DNA of 64,000 bases from Kiritimatiellia bacterium (lineage in GTDB: Bacteria > Verrucomicrobiota > Kiritimatiellia > RFP12 > UBA1067). Below the pieces are notes generated by a model. The model was not told the origin of the DNA and made no database searches. It saw only the letters and a program-made list of their open reading frames with translations. The stretch is taken from NCBI GenBank assembly GCA_017406465.1, contig JAFQYM010000004.1, forward strand, positions 10,570 through 74,569. The letters are read 5' to 3'. This document shows positions 49,852 through 58,974 of this stretch, piece after piece. Position numbers and translations under genes: made by a program. Within the stretch, counting starts at the first letter, position 1; each line of letters begins with the position of its first letter.

Positions 49852-50385
49852 TTAGTTCCTTCCTGCGAACGGCATTCCCATGGAGACGAGAAGCTCCTTG
49901 GAGGCCTTGTTGTCGGTGGAGCTCGTCACGAACGTGATGTCCATGCCGGAGTGCGCCGAAGACTCGACGAGCTCGGGGAATATCGTGTGCTCCTTGATGC
50001 CGAGCGTGTAGTTGCCGCGCCCGTCGAAGCCCCTGTTGGAGACGCCGCGGAAGTCGCGGATCCTCGGAAGGGCCGCCGAGATGAGGCGGTCTGCGAACTC
50101 CCACATGCGCTCGCCGCGCAGCGTGACCTTCGCGCCGATGACCATGCCCTCGCGGAGCTTGAAGTTCGAAATCGACTTCTTCGCCTTGCAGAGCAGGGGC
50201 TTCTGGCCGGTGATTGCCGCGAGGTCGTCGACGAGGGTCTTCTGCTCGTCCTTGGAGACGATGCCGAAGCCCATGTTCACGACGATCTTCTGGAGGCGGG
50301 GAACGAGCATCCTGTTCGTGGTGCCGAGCTTCTTCTCGAGCTCGGGAACCATGCGGCTCGCGTATTCGTCCTTTAGTCTTGCCAT
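49852..50385 (-). CDS. rplE: 50S ribosomal protein L5
   Basis: Sequence MARLKDEYASRMVPELEKKLG... and conserved gene order. Confidence 0.95.
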   Translation of the reverse strand: MARLKDEYASRMVPELEKKLGTTNRMLVPRLQKIVVNMGFGIVSKDEQKTLVDDLAAITGQKPLLCKAKKSISNFKLREGMVIGAKVTLRGERMWEFADRLISAALPRIRDFRGVSNRGFDGRGNYTLGIKEHTIFPELVESSAHSGMDITFVTSSTDNKASKELLVSMGMPFAGRN

Positions 50386-50402
50386 GATGATTCGTTCCTT
50401 CC

Positions 50403-50714
50403 TTAGAGGGCCTTGCCGCTCTTGACCGAGATGCGGGCCTTCTTGCCGTCCTTCTCGCCGGTCCTGACGCGGACGCCCGCCTTCTTCTCGGCGTCGTAGG
50501 GCATCAGCTTGCAGAGGCGGATGGGCAGTTCCTTGTCGATGAGTCCGCCGGCGGTCTTCTCCGTGCGGCGCATCGCCTTCTTGTGGACATTGACTCCGCC
50601 TACAACGGCGGTGCCCTTCTTGGGATCCACGCTGATCACCGTTCCCGTCTTCCCGGCGTCGTTGCCGCTGATGACGATGACGGTGTCGTTCTTCTTGATA
50701 CGTGCGATAGCCAT
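50403..50714 (-). CDS. rplX: 50S ribosomal protein L24
   Basis: The KOW motif IKKNDTVIVISGNDAGKTG. Confidence 0.95.
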   Translation of the reverse strand: MAIARIKKNDTVIVISGNDAGKTGTVISVDPKKGTAVVGGVNVHKKAMRRTEKTAGGLIDKELPIRLCKLMPYDAEKKAGVRVRTGEKDGKKARISVKSGKAL

Positions 50715-50729
50715 TTTAAGAGCTCCTTC

Positions 50730-51125
50730 TCAGACAACTTCCGGCGCGAGCGACAGGATCTTCATGTAAAGACCGTGCACGGCGTCGTTGTCCTTGTTGA
50801 TTTCGCGCAGTTCGCGCGGAACGGGGCCGAACACACGCGAGCCGATCGGGTTCTTCTTGGAAGAGTCGAGGAGCACGCACGCGTTCTGGTCGAAGCGGAC
50901 CGACGAGCCGTCCGCGCGGCGGATCGGGTTGCCGGTGCGGATGACGACCGCGGTCGCAACCGAGCCCTTCTTGACTGCGCCCGTGGGGGACGCTTCCTTG
51001 ATGGCAACGCGGATGAAGTCGCCGAGGTGGGCGTACTCCTTGCGCTGCCCGAGGATGCGGAAGCACATGGCGCGCTTGGCGCCGGTGTTGTCCGCGACTA
51101 CGAGGTTGGAGAGTTCCTGAAGCAT
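50730..51125 (-). CDS. rplN: 50S ribosomal protein L14
   Basis: Sequence [19 protein letters not shown]. Confidence 0.95.
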   Translation of the reverse strand: MLQELSNLVVADNTGAKRAMCFRILGQRKEYAHLGDFIRVAIKEASPTGAVKKGSVATAVVIRTGNPIRRADGSSVRFDQNACVLLDSSKKNPIGSRVFGPVPRELREINKDNDAVHGLYMKILSLAPEVV

Positions 51126-51135
51126 GACCTACTCC

Positions 51136-51387
51136 TTACTTCACGATGCGCCAGCGCTTCGTTGCGCTGAGCGGACGCGTTTCCATGATTGTGACGGTGT
51201 CGCCGACCTTGGCGTCGTCGGCCTCGTCATGCGCATGGTAGTTCTTGGTGCGCGTGACGACCTTGCCGTACACGGGGTGGATTTCGCGGTACGAAACCCG
51301 TACTTTGACGGTCTTCGCGCCTGACTTCGAGACGACGACGCCCTTGCGGACCTTGCGCGCGCCGCGGGTTGTGTTTTCCGTGCTCAT
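51136..51387 (-). CDS. rpsQ: 30S ribosomal protein S17
   Basis: I prefer the start [20 protein letters not shown] at 51385-51387, which overlaps the rplP stop (TAATG). Confidence 0.95.
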   Translation of the reverse strand: MSTENTTRGARKVRKGVVVSKSGAKTVKVRVSYREIHPVYGKVVTRTKNYHAHDEADDAKVGDTVTIMETRPLSATKRWRIVK

Positions 51388-51809
51388 TAGATCTTGACTC
51401 CTGCGCGGGTGATGAATTTCGAGTGGATTCCGATCTTGGTCGCCGCGAGACGGAGGCACTCCTTCGCGACTTCCTCGCTCACGCCGCCGACCTCGAAAAG
51501 GACCTTGCCGGGGAGGATGACGGCCGCCCAGAACTCAGGGTTGCCCTTTCCTCCGCCCATACGGACTTCGATCGGCTTGCGTGTCACGGGCTTGTCGGGG
51601 AACACGCGGATCCAGAGCTTGCCCTTGCGCTTCATTTCGCGGTTGATCGCGACGCGGCAGGCTTCGATCTGGGTTGCGGTGAGAAGCCCGCGGGTGAGCG
51701 CCTTGAGGCCGAACTCGCCGTACGCGAGCTCAGTGCCCGACGTGGCGTATCCGGCGCGGCTGCCCTTCGAAACCTTGCGGTACTTGACTCTCTTAGGCAT
51801 CAAAGGCAT
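51387..51809 (-). CDS. rplP: 50S ribosomal protein L16
   Basis: Sequence [17 protein letters not shown]...[10 protein letters not shown]. Confidence 0.95.
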   Translation of the reverse strand: MPLMPKRVKYRKVSKGSRAGYATSGTELAYGEFGLKALTRGLLTATQIEACRVAINREMKRKGKLWIRVFPDKPVTRKPIEVRMGGGKGNPEFWAAVILPGKVLFEVGGVSEEVAKECLRLAATKIGIHSKFITRAGVKI

Positions 51810-51812
51810 GGC

Positions 51813-52508
51813 TTACTTCCCTTCCTTGCGGTCCCCGCGCTCGCGACGCTCGCCACGGCGTTCGCCGCGCGGCTGACGGGCCTGGAAACCCTCTTTCTTG
51901 CAGATCCACACCTTGATGCCGATCTTGCCGGCGGTGGTGTTGGCCTCGGCGAAGCCGTAGTCGATGTTCGCGCGGAGCGTGTGCAGCGGCACCTTGCCCT
52001 CGCGGGACCACTCGACGCGCGCGATTTCCGCGCCGTTGATGCGGCCGCCTGCGTGGACCTTGATGCCGTCGACGCCCATGTCCATCGCGACCTTCATCGC
52101 GCGCTTCATCGCGCGCTTGAGGGCGATGCGGCGCTCGAGCTGCTGGGCGATGCCCTCGGCGACGAGCTGCGCGTCCGCGTCGGCTCCCTGGACTTCCTTG
52201 ATCTCGATGTAGACTTCCTTCTTGGTCATCTTCTCGAGCTCGGCGCGGATCGCCTCGACGTCACCGCCCTTGTGGCCGATGATCACGCCGGGGCGTGCGC
52301 TGAACAGCGTCACGCGAACGCGGTTCGCATAGCGCTCGACGAGGATCTTGGATATCCCAGCCTCGGCGAGGCGCTTCTTGCAGACGTCGCGGATCTTCTG
52401 ATCCTCGACGAGGAACGCGCCGAACATCTTCTTGGGCGCGAACCAGCGGCTGCCCCAGGCGTGCGTGACGCCTACGCGGAAGCCTACGGGGTTTACTTTC
52501 TGTCCCAT
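51813..52508 (-). CDS. rpsC: 30S ribosomal protein S3
   Basis: I prefer the start [13 protein letters not shown] at 52506-52508. The ORF-track extension overlaps rplV. Confidence 0.95.
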   Translation of the reverse strand: MGQKVNPVGFRVGVTHAWGSRWFAPKKMFGAFLVEDQKIRDVCKKRLAEAGISKILVERYANRVRVTLFSARPGVIIGHKGGDVEAIRAELEKMTKKEVYIEIKEVQGADADAQLVAEGIAQQLERRIALKRAMKRAMKVAMDMGVDGIKVHAGGRINGAEIARVEWSREGKVPLHTLRANIDYGFAEANTTAGKIGIKVWICKKEGFQARQPRGERRGERRERGDRKEGK

Positions 52509-52509
52509 A

Positions 52510-53007
52510 TTACTTCGCTCCCTTCTTGGCCTTCTTCGCCGCGGCGAGAATGACCTTGCAGTGGCACATGCGGCGGGCGATCGGATGAGCCGAGCCACGC
52601 GCGGTCGGCCAGTAGCGGCGCATCCTGACGGACTCGTCGAGGACGCAGAGCTTGACCGTGAGCCCCGCGGCATCGGCCACGGAGTCGTTGTTCTTCGCGT
52701 TCGCGAGTGCGCTCAGGATCGTCTTCTTGATGATCTGGGCGGCCTTCTTGGGCGAGAACTCGACGAGCTTGAGCGCCTCGGAAGCGGGAAGCCCCTGGCA
52801 GGCGCCGGCAAGCGGACGGCCCTTGAACGCGCTCATCCTGGTGTTGCGGATCGTCGCGACGTAGACCTGCTCGAGCCCAAGCACCTTGACGCCGGAGCCC
52901 TTCGGGAACTTGGCGTCGAGCTTGGCCTTGGCCTCGGCCTCGTCGGAGGCGGTGATGCACCCCTCGGCGGTCGCGCCCTTCTTGTTGATCGTGTAGAGGA
53001 ATGTCAT
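52510..53007 (-). CDS. rplV: 50S ribosomal protein L22 with an N-terminal extension of about 47 aa
   Basis: The core is [14 protein letters not shown]...[21 protein letters not shown]. The ATG at 53007 has a GGGGAG RBS 14 nt after the rpsS stop. Confidence 0.9.
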   Translation of the reverse strand: MTFLYTINKKGATAEGCITASDEAEAKAKLDAKFPKGSGVKVLGLEQVYVATIRNTRMSAFKGRPLAGACQGLPASEALKLVEFSPKKAAQIIKKTILSALANAKNNDSVADAAGLTVKLCVLDESVRMRRYWPTARGSAHPIARRMCHCKVILAAAKKAKKGAK

Positions 53008-53021
53008 TGATGGATCTCCCC

Positions 53022-53303
53022 TTACTTGGCTTCGGCCTTGGCAGCGGAGTTGCCGTGCGCCTTGAACGTGCGCGTGGGGGCGAACTCGCCGAGCCTGTGG
53101 CCGACCATGTTTTCAGTTATGAACACCGGCATGTGCTGGCGGCCGTTGTGGATGGCGAACGTAAGCCCGACAAACTCCGGGAGCACCATGGAACGACGGC
53201 TCCAGGTCTTGATCGGCTGCTTCTTGCCGCTCGCCTGCATCTTCTCGACCTTGCGGAGGAGGCTTTCCTCCACATAGGGTCCCTTCTTAAGAGAACGCGA
53301 CAT
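53022..53303 (-). CDS. rpsS: 30S ribosomal protein S19
   Basis: Sequence [16 protein letters not shown]...[16 protein letters not shown]. Confidence 0.95.
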   Translation of the reverse strand: MSRSLKKGPYVEESLLRKVEKMQASGKKQPIKTWSRRSMVLPEFVGLTFAIHNGRQHMPVFITENMVGHRLGEFAPTRTFKAHGNSAAKAEAK

Positions 53304-53306
53304 GGA

Positions 53307-54131
53307 TTACTTCCTCCTCTTGACGATGATCTTGTTGGAAGCCTTGCGCTTCGCGCGGGTCTTGCCGCCCTTGGCGAGCTTGCCCCACGGAGAACGCGGA
53401 TTGGAGCCGCCGGACGTGCGGCCTTCGCCGCCGCCCATCGGGTGGTCGACAGGGTTCATGGCGACGCCGCGCACCGTCGGACGGATGCCGAGGTAGCGCT
53501 TGCGGCCGGCCTTGCCGAGCTTGATCGAGCCCCAGTCCTTGTTGCCGACCGAGCCGACCGTGGCGAGGCAGCGGCCGTTGAAGATGCGGACTTCGCCCGA
53601 AGGCATCTTGAGCGTCACCCTGCTGCCGTCGCGGGCCATGACCTGGCACGAGTTGCCGGCGCTCCTGGCGACCGCCGCGCCCCTGCCGGGCACGAGCTCG
53701 ACAGCGTGGACGAAGAGCCCGAGCGGGATCTGCGAGAGCGGCAGGCAGTTGCCGACGGTGGCCTCGGCCTTGGCGCCGTTCATTACCTTCATTCCCGGCT
53801 TCAAGCCCTCGGGCGCGAGAATGTAGCTCTTGACGCCGTCGGTGTACTCGATGAGCGCGAGGTAGGCGCTGCGCGTAGGATCGTAGGCGATGTCCTTGAC
53901 CGTCGCCTCGACGTCGAACTTGTTGCGCTTGAAGTCGACGATGCGCATGCGCTGCTTGGCGCCGCCGCCGTGGTGGCGCGTCGTGATGCGGCCCTGGTTG
54001 TTGCGTCCGGCGGTCTTGCGGACTGCCTTGGTGAGGCGCTTCACCGGCCTTTTCTCGGTGATTTCCTCGAACGTGGCGGACTCGCGGAAGCGCATGCCGC
54101 ACGAACGGGGTTTGTATTTCTTGAGTGCCAT
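53307..54131 (-). CDS. rplB: 50S ribosomal protein L2
   Basis: Sequence TRHHGGGAKQRMRIVDFKR...MNPVDHPMGGGEGR. Confidence 0.95.
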   Translation of the reverse strand: MALKKYKPRSCGMRFRESATFEEITEKRPVKRLTKAVRKTAGRNNQGRITTRHHGGGAKQRMRIVDFKRNKFDVEATVKDIAYDPTRSAYLALIEYTDGVKSYILAPEGLKPGMKVMNGAKAEATVGNCLPLSQIPLGLFVHAVELVPGRGAAVARSAGNSCQVMARDGSRVTLKMPSGEVRIFNGRCLATVGSVGNKDWGSIKLGKAGRKRYLGIRPTVRGVAMNPVDHPMGGGEGRTSGGSNPRSPWGKLAKGGKTRAKRKASNKIIVKRRK

Positions 54132-54146
54132 ATCGTTAAGTCTCCC

Positions 54147-54449
54147 TTACGCGAGCTCGATGCGCTCGCCCTGCTTGACGGTCACGATCGCCTTCTTCCA
54201 GGTCGGTTCCGTTACCGCGCGGCGGGTGCCGCGGATGTACCTGAGGCCGCCCTTCATGTTGGCGGTCTTGACCGCGAGAACGTGGACGCCGAAGGCCTTC
54301 TCGGCCATCGCCGCGATCACGGGCTTGCGGGCGTCGGGCGCGACCTCGAGGAGGTAGCGGTTCTCGGCGGAAAGGCGCGAGCCCTTCTCGGTGATGAGGA
54401 CGTTGAGGATCACGCCCTCGGTCTTTTCCTTGAGTTCCTTGATCGTCAT
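54147..54449 (-). CDS. rplW: 50S ribosomal protein L23
   Basis: I prefer the start MTIKELKEK at 54447-54449 (100 aa). The ORF-track extension overlaps rplD. Confidence 0.9.
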   Translation of the reverse strand: MTIKELKEKTEGVILNVLITEKGSRLSAENRYLLEVAPDARKPVIAAMAEKAFGVHVLAVKTANMKGGLRYIRGTRRAVTEPTWKKAIVTVKQGERIELA

Positions 54450-54459
54450 GACGTCCTCC

Positions 54460-55053
54460 TTACTTGGCGATGCGCGCCATGAGCGCGTCGAAACCGTCCT
54501 TGTCGCAGACGAGCTTGCGGTTCGCGAGAACCGTGTAGACGTCAAGCGCCTGGGCGGTCGAATAGTCGACGGTGGGGATGTTGCTCGCCGCGAGCACGAC
54601 GGTATCGTCGACGTCCTTCTGGACGATGCACGCGGTGCGCTCGACACCGAGCTCCTTGAGGAGCTTGACCATGAGCTTCGTCTTGGGCGCCTCGAACTTG
54701 AACTCGTCGAGGACGATGACGTCGCCAGCCACGAGCTTGTCGGAGAACGCACGCGCGAACGCGAGCTTCATCACCTTCTTGTTGATCTTCTGCTCGTAGG
54801 AGCGCGGATGAGGGCCGTGCGCGACGCCACCGCCACGCCAAACAGGCGACTGGCGGAAGCCAGCGCGGGCGTTGCCCGTGCCCTTCTGCTTCCACGGCTT
54901 CTTGTTGGAGCCGGCGACCTCGCCCTTGGACTTGGTGGACGCCGTTCCGGCGCGGAGAGCGTTGCGGATGGCGGTGACCGCGTCCTTGACGGCCTGCTCG
55001 CCCTTGTCGAGCGTAAGCTGGGCCTGGTCGAAAGCGACTTCGATCTTCTTCAT
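54460..55053 (-). CDS. rplD: 50S ribosomal protein L4
   Basis: Sequence KPWKQKGTGNARAGFRQSPVWRGGGVAHGP. Confidence 0.95.
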   Translation of the reverse strand: MKKIEVAFDQAQLTLDKGEQAVKDAVTAIRNALRAGTASTKSKGEVAGSNKKPWKQKGTGNARAGFRQSPVWRGGGVAHGPHPRSYEQKINKKVMKLAFARAFSDKLVAGDVIVLDEFKFEAPKTKLMVKLLKELGVERTACIVQKDVDDTVVLAASNIPTVDYSTAQALDVYTVLANRKLVCDKDGFDALMARIAK

Positions 55054-55054
55054 A

Positions 55055-55708
55055 TTACTTCGCCCCCTTCTTCACGTTGTTCCTGAGGGACTTGCGGACG
55101 ATCACGATGCCGTTGCGGGCACCGGGAATCGAACCCTTGACGAGGAGCGCATTGTCCTCGGGACGGACCGCGACGACCTCGAGGTTCGTCGTGGTGCGGG
55201 TGACCGCGCCCATGTGGCCGGGCATCTTCTTGCCCTTCTCGATCCAGCCGGGGAGGTCGCGCGCGGCGAGACCGCCGGTGCGGCGCTTGGAGTGGCCGCC
55301 GTGGGTCATGTTGCCGCCGGCAAAGCCGTAGCGCTTGATGACGCCCGCGAAGCCCTTGCCCTTGGTGACGCCCGTGACGTCAACGTACTTGACGCCTTCG
55401 AAATTGCCAACGGTGAGGACGTCGCCGACCTTCACCTCTTCGCCCGCGTCGGGAGCGAACTCCTTGAGGACCTTGAGGCCGCCTTCCTGGCCGCCGGTCT
55501 TCTTGAGGTGACCCGCGACAGCCTTGGAGAGGCGCTTGACCTTCTGCTCGCCGAAGCCGAGCTGAGCGGCGACATAGCCGTCCTTCTCGGCCGTCTTGAG
55601 CTGAACGACGGGGCAGGGCCCGACCTCAATGACGGTAACGCAGGTCCTGACGCCATCGGCGTCGTAAACCTGCGTCATTCCAACCTTCTTGCCTATCAAA
55701 CCTTCCAT
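55055..55708 (-). CDS. rplC: 50S ribosomal protein L3
   Basis: Sequence GLIGKKVGMTQVY...KGKGFAGVIKRYGF. Confidence 0.95.
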   Translation of the reverse strand: MEGLIGKKVGMTQVYDADGVRTCVTVIEVGPCPVVQLKTAEKDGYVAAQLGFGEQKVKRLSKAVAGHLKKTGGQEGGLKVLKEFAPDAGEEVKVGDVLTVGNFEGVKYVDVTGVTKGKGFAGVIKRYGFAGGNMTHGGHSKRRTGGLAARDLPGWIEKGKKMPGHMGAVTRTTTNLEVVAVRPEDNALLVKGSIPGARNGIVIVRKSLRNNVKKGAK

Positions 55709-55720
55709 GTCGACCTCCTA

Positions 55721-56029
55721 TCAGACCTTGATGGTGATGTCGACGCCAGCGGGAAGATTGAGCTTCTTGAGCTCGTCGATCGTCTGGGCGGTCGGGTTGA
55801 CGATGTCGAGAAGGCGCTTGTGCGTCCTCATCTCGAACTGGTCCATCGACTTCTTGTCGACGTTCGGCGAGCGGTTCACCGTGAAGCGCTCGACGCGCGT
55901 GGGGAGCGGAATAGGCCCCACAACCTGCGCACCCGTGCCGCGGGCCGTGTCGATGATGCCACCGACGGCCTGGTCAAGCACACGGTGATCGTATGCCTGG
56001 AGGCGGATGCGGACTCTCTGCTGCTGCAT
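55721..56029 (-). CDS. rpsJ: 30S ribosomal protein S10
   Basis: Sequence [14 protein letters not shown]...GPIPLPT...[12 protein letters not shown]. Confidence 0.95.
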   Translation of the reverse strand: MQQQRVRIRLQAYDHRVLDQAVGGIIDTARGTGAQVVGPIPLPTRVERFTVNRSPNVDKKSMDQFEMRTHKRLLDIVNPTAQTIDELKKLNLPAGVDITIKV

Positions 56030-56257
56030 TGTCTTTTCCTTTTTCTTCTTTTCTGTTTCGACTCGGGCTCGAACCTTTCTTCTCGCCTTCGTCCCTTCGT
56101 TCCTGTGCCTAGACGGTCGCGACTTCCGCGCGCGCCTTACCGCTTTCGCAGTCTCTCGGCGTCGACGCGTGAGGCCCGTTGGGCGCCTCGCTCGCGACTG
56201 GGTTTTGGCCCAGTTCGTCGCGCCATAACCCGCAGGGGTGACGGCGGACTATCCCCG

Positions 56258-56296
56258 CAAAAACAAGGCTCGCGACCGCTTTTCGCGACCGCGAGC
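56258..56296 (-). terminator. Attenuator-like intrinsic terminator inside the S10-operon leader
   Basis: Minus strand: GCTCGCG-GT-CGC-GAAAA-GCG-GT-CGCGAGC, followed by C-TTGTTTTTG. It lies about 105 nt after the predicted transcription start and about 225 nt before the rpsJ ATG. Confidence 0.5.
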
Positions 56297-56371
56297 TTGG
56301 AACTCAACGGTCACGACGCGACGGGATATACTCGCCCGTATCGCGACCCTTCTCTTGCGAGAATTGTGGAT

Positions 56372-56401
56372 AGTATATCAAAAACCCCTCGCTATGCGCA
56401 A
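56372..56401 (-). promoter_or_regulatory. S10-operon promoter: TTGCGC (-35), 18-nt spacer, extended -10 TGATATACT
   Basis: Read directly. It overlaps the upstream terminator hairpin. Confidence 0.55.
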
Positions 56402-56405
56402 GGGG
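56380..56405 (-). terminator. Rho-independent terminator after the hydrolase gene
   Basis: Minus strand CCCCTTGC-GCATA-GCGAGGGG (8-bp stem including one G-U pair) followed by TTTTTG. It lies 70 nt after the stop at 56475. Confidence 0.6.
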
Positions 56406-56474
56406 GAAAATTTAGTTTTTTGCGTCTGGAACGAACTTCATTTCGTTTATGGTAAGCCGGCCTCTCGGCAACCG

Positions 56475-57977
56475 TCATTTCGGCTCCAACTTGCAGCCGT
56501 TCATCGCCCAAAATTCGCCCGAAGCGCCCTTGTCTGGGGACACGGAGAGGTCGATATGGCCGGTGTCGCCGATTAGGTATATCCGCGCGGAGAGCGTGCC
56601 GTCAGCACCGACTCCGGCCGAAGCCGCAGTCCTGTGGACGCCAATATAGGCGCCGAGGAACTCGTAGTCCTGCACGTCGAAGCGCATCTCGCCCTTTTTC
56701 CACTCGCCGACGCCGACAGGTATCTTCTGCTCGCCCGCGGGAACCTTGAGGACGCAGACAAGGTTGCCGCCATCCCTCTCGAAGCGGGCGGACTCGATTC
56801 CGCGATGGTTCGACTTGAAGTCATAGGTCTTGCCAAGGAAGCCGTCAAGCCCTGAGGTGCCACCAACCGTCGGCGGGATCGCAAGCGCGTCGATGCGTCG
56901 GCGCAGGCATGCAAGCACCTCGCCCCTAGCGGCGAGCGGCGCGTCCTTCACCCCCGGAAGAAGATGATCCCAGACGAGCGAGAGCTCCGTCTGTATGTTG
57001 CTGAGCCCCGCGTGTGCCGAAACGACCATGTCGAGTTCGGGCATGACGACGGTAATCTGCCCTGCCGCGCCGTCGGCGCGATACGCCCCGTGGTGGCAAC
57101 GCCAGAACTGGAAGCCATAGCCCTGCTCCCAGTCGCTGCCCTCGCCGAGCGCCTTTACCCCGACATTGCGCCATCCGCTCCATGTGTGGCGCGTAGTCGC
57201 AAGCGCGACCCAACTCGGAGAGAGGATGTATTCTCCGCCCCACTTGCCATGCTGGAGATAGAGCTGGCCGAAGCGCGCAAGTTCGCGCGTCGTCATGTTC
57301 ATGCCCCAGCCGCCGCAGGCAATCCCCTGGGGCGAGGTAGTGGACCAGGCCGACGTGATGCCGATCTTGTCGAACATGCGCTCCTTGAGGAAGTCCATGA
57401 GCTTGCGCCCTGTTCGCTTCTCTACGATCGCCGCGAGCATGTAGGTCGCGTCGGAATCATAGTGAAAGCCGGTGCCGGGCTTCTTCTCGAAGTCCTTGGA
57501 GAGGAACTCCCTGACCCAGTCGCCGCCGTCCCTCAAAAGATGGTCCTTCTTGCCGACGTTCATCGTGAGTAAGTCGCGCACGCGAAGCTGGCGGAGATTG
57601 TCGGACGGATTCGCCGGAAGCTCGTCCGGGAATATGTCGACTATCCGCTCGTCGAGGTCGATCTTTCCGTCGTCCGCGAGAAAGCCGACTGCGGACGAAG
57701 TGAAGCTCTTCGAATGGGAGTAGAGCATGTGGGGCTCGTTCAGCGTGTCGAAGGGTTTCCAGCTGCCCTCGGCTATCGTCTTGCCATGGCGGACGATGAC
57801 AAAGCCGTGGATGCGCCCTTCCTTCACGCCGTCGAACGTCTTTTCGCAGGCGTCGATCCAGTTCAGGATCGCCTGCGAGTCGACTCCCTGCGACTCAGGG
57901 GTCGCGTATTCCATCTCGGCCATGCACACCGCGGCGGCGAAAACGCAGCCGAGCGAAATGACGGTCTTTGCGTTCAT
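56475..57977 (-). CDS. Secreted serine hydrolase of the beta-lactamase / PBP (class C-like) family
   Basis: 500 aa with a signal peptide and the S-x-x-K motif in YSHSKSFTSSAVG. Confidence 0.8.
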   Translation of the reverse strand: MNAKTVISLGCVFAAAVCMAEMEYATPESQGVDSQAILNWIDACEKTFDGVKEGRIHGFVIVRHGKTIAEGSWKPFDTLNEPHMLYSHSKSFTSSAVGFLADDGKIDLDERIVDIFPDELPANPSDNLRQLRVRDLLTMNVGKKDHLLRDGGDWVREFLSKDFEKKPGTGFHYDSDATYMLAAIVEKRTGRKLMDFLKERMFDKIGITSAWSTTSPQGIACGGWGMNMTTRELARFGQLYLQHGKWGGEYILSPSWVALATTRHTWSGWRNVGVKALGEGSDWEQGYGFQFWRCHHGAYRADGAAGQITVVMPELDMVVSAHAGLSNIQTELSLVWDHLLPGVKDAPLAARGEVLACLRRRIDALAIPPTVGGTSGLDGFLGKTYDFKSNHRGIESARFERDGGNLVCVLKVPAGEQKIPVGVGEWKKGEMRFDVQDYEFLGAYIGVHRTAASAGVGADGTLSARIYLIGDTGHIDLSVSPDKGASGEFWAMNGCKLEPK

Positions 57978-57989
57978 GGTCAGCTCTCC

Positions 57990-58970
57990 TTAAGACATTA
58001 GAAACGCCGTTTCGCCGGGGACGAGCTGGCGACCGCGGCAAAACGCGCCGCCGTCCATGCAAGACGAGCCCTCGGGCTTTACTTCAAGAAGCTGGAGAGC
58101 CGTGTCGTGGCAGCGCACTATCGGGCCCGACTTGTCGATCTTTACGACAGTGCCGGGAGCGGCGCTTTTCCAAGACGGCTCGAGTTTGGCGACGCGGGCG
58201 CGCAAAATGACGACGCGCCCCGTGGTGCCGCGCTTGCGCATGTTCTCGGGGAGAAAGGTATAGCAGCAAGGCCAGGGATTGTAGGCGCGAATCCTACGCT
58301 CGATCTCGATCACCGGCTGGTCCCAGTCGATAAGCCCGTCCGTCTTCTTGAGCTTGCGCGCGTAGGTCGCGGAGCCCTCGTCCTGCTTGACCTCAGGGGG
58401 AAGCGCGTTTGCACCGAGAAGCCGAAGCGCCTTTGCAAGCGTGACGCCGCCGGCAATTGCGAGGTCGTCCATCAGCTGGCCGCCAGTCGTGTCGGGGTAT
58501 ATCGGCTCAAAGCTCTGGAGCATGATCGGCCCGTCGTCAAGCCCAACTCCCATCTTCATAACGGTGACGCCCGTCATCCTCTCGCCCGCCTCGAGGGCTG
58601 CAACGACAGGAGCCGCGCCGCGGTACTTTGGGAGAAGCGAGAAATGGCAGTTGACGCAACCAAAGAGAGGCAGGTCGAGAAGCGGCTTTTTAAGAATCTG
58701 GCCGAAGGCGACCACTACGACGACATCTGGCTTCCACGCGCGAATCTTCTCCATTGGCTCTGGGTCGTTGACGCGCTCTGGCTTTATGATGTCGCGAAGC
58801 CCCATGTCGGCGGCGTATTTCGCGAGGGCGCACGGCGACAAGACCTTGCCGCGGCCCGTAGGGCGGTCTGGCTGGGTTACAACCCCGACGATCTCGAACT
58901 CCCTTTCGCGCAAAAGCGCGTGGAGGCATTCGGCAGACGCCGAGGACGAACCCATGAAGACTACGCGCAC
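57990..58970 (-). CDS. fmt: Methionyl-tRNA formyltransferase
   Basis: I prefer GTG at 58968-58970 (MRVVFMGSS), 4 nt after the infB stop. The sequence VVTQPDRPTGRGK...NCHFSLLPKYRGAAP is typical. The ORF-track extension overlaps infB. Confidence 0.9.
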   Translation of the reverse strand: MRVVFMGSSSASAECLHALLREREFEIVGVVTQPDRPTGRGKVLSPCALAKYAADMGLRDIIKPERVNDPEPMEKIRAWKPDVVVVVAFGQILKKPLLDLPLFGCVNCHFSLLPKYRGAAPVVAALEAGERMTGVTVMKMGVGLDDGPIMLQSFEPIYPDTTGGQLMDDLAIAGGVTLAKALRLLGANALPPEVKQDEGSATYARKLKKTDGLIDWDQPVIEIERRIRAYNPWPCCYTFLPENMRKRGTTGRVVILRARVAKLEPSWKSAAPGTVVKIDKSGPIVRCHDTALQLLEVKPEGSSCMDGGAFCRGRQLVPGETAFLMS

Positions 58971-58974
58971 GAAA

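Noticed and set aside
51460-54752. Long Arg/Ser/Pro-rich N-terminal extensions given by the ORF track for S3 (to 52673), L23 (to 54752), S8 (to 49723), S17 (to 51459) and fmt (to 59255).
   Set aside because: - The extensions overlap the preceding conserved gene in another frame and have artefactual composition.
- Canonical N-termini with RBSs or coupled stop-start overlaps exist downstream.
56030-56371. Considered that the S10 leader might hide RNase P RNA, tmRNA or a tRNA, because of GGGGATAGTCCGCC, GCGGTAAGGCGCGC and GGTTCGAGCCC.
   Set aside because: - Each string deviates from the universal motif.
- No acceptor or T-arm pairing can be drawn around GGTTCGAGCCC.
- No tag reading frame and no P4 partner is present.
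- I treat the region as an operon leader instead.
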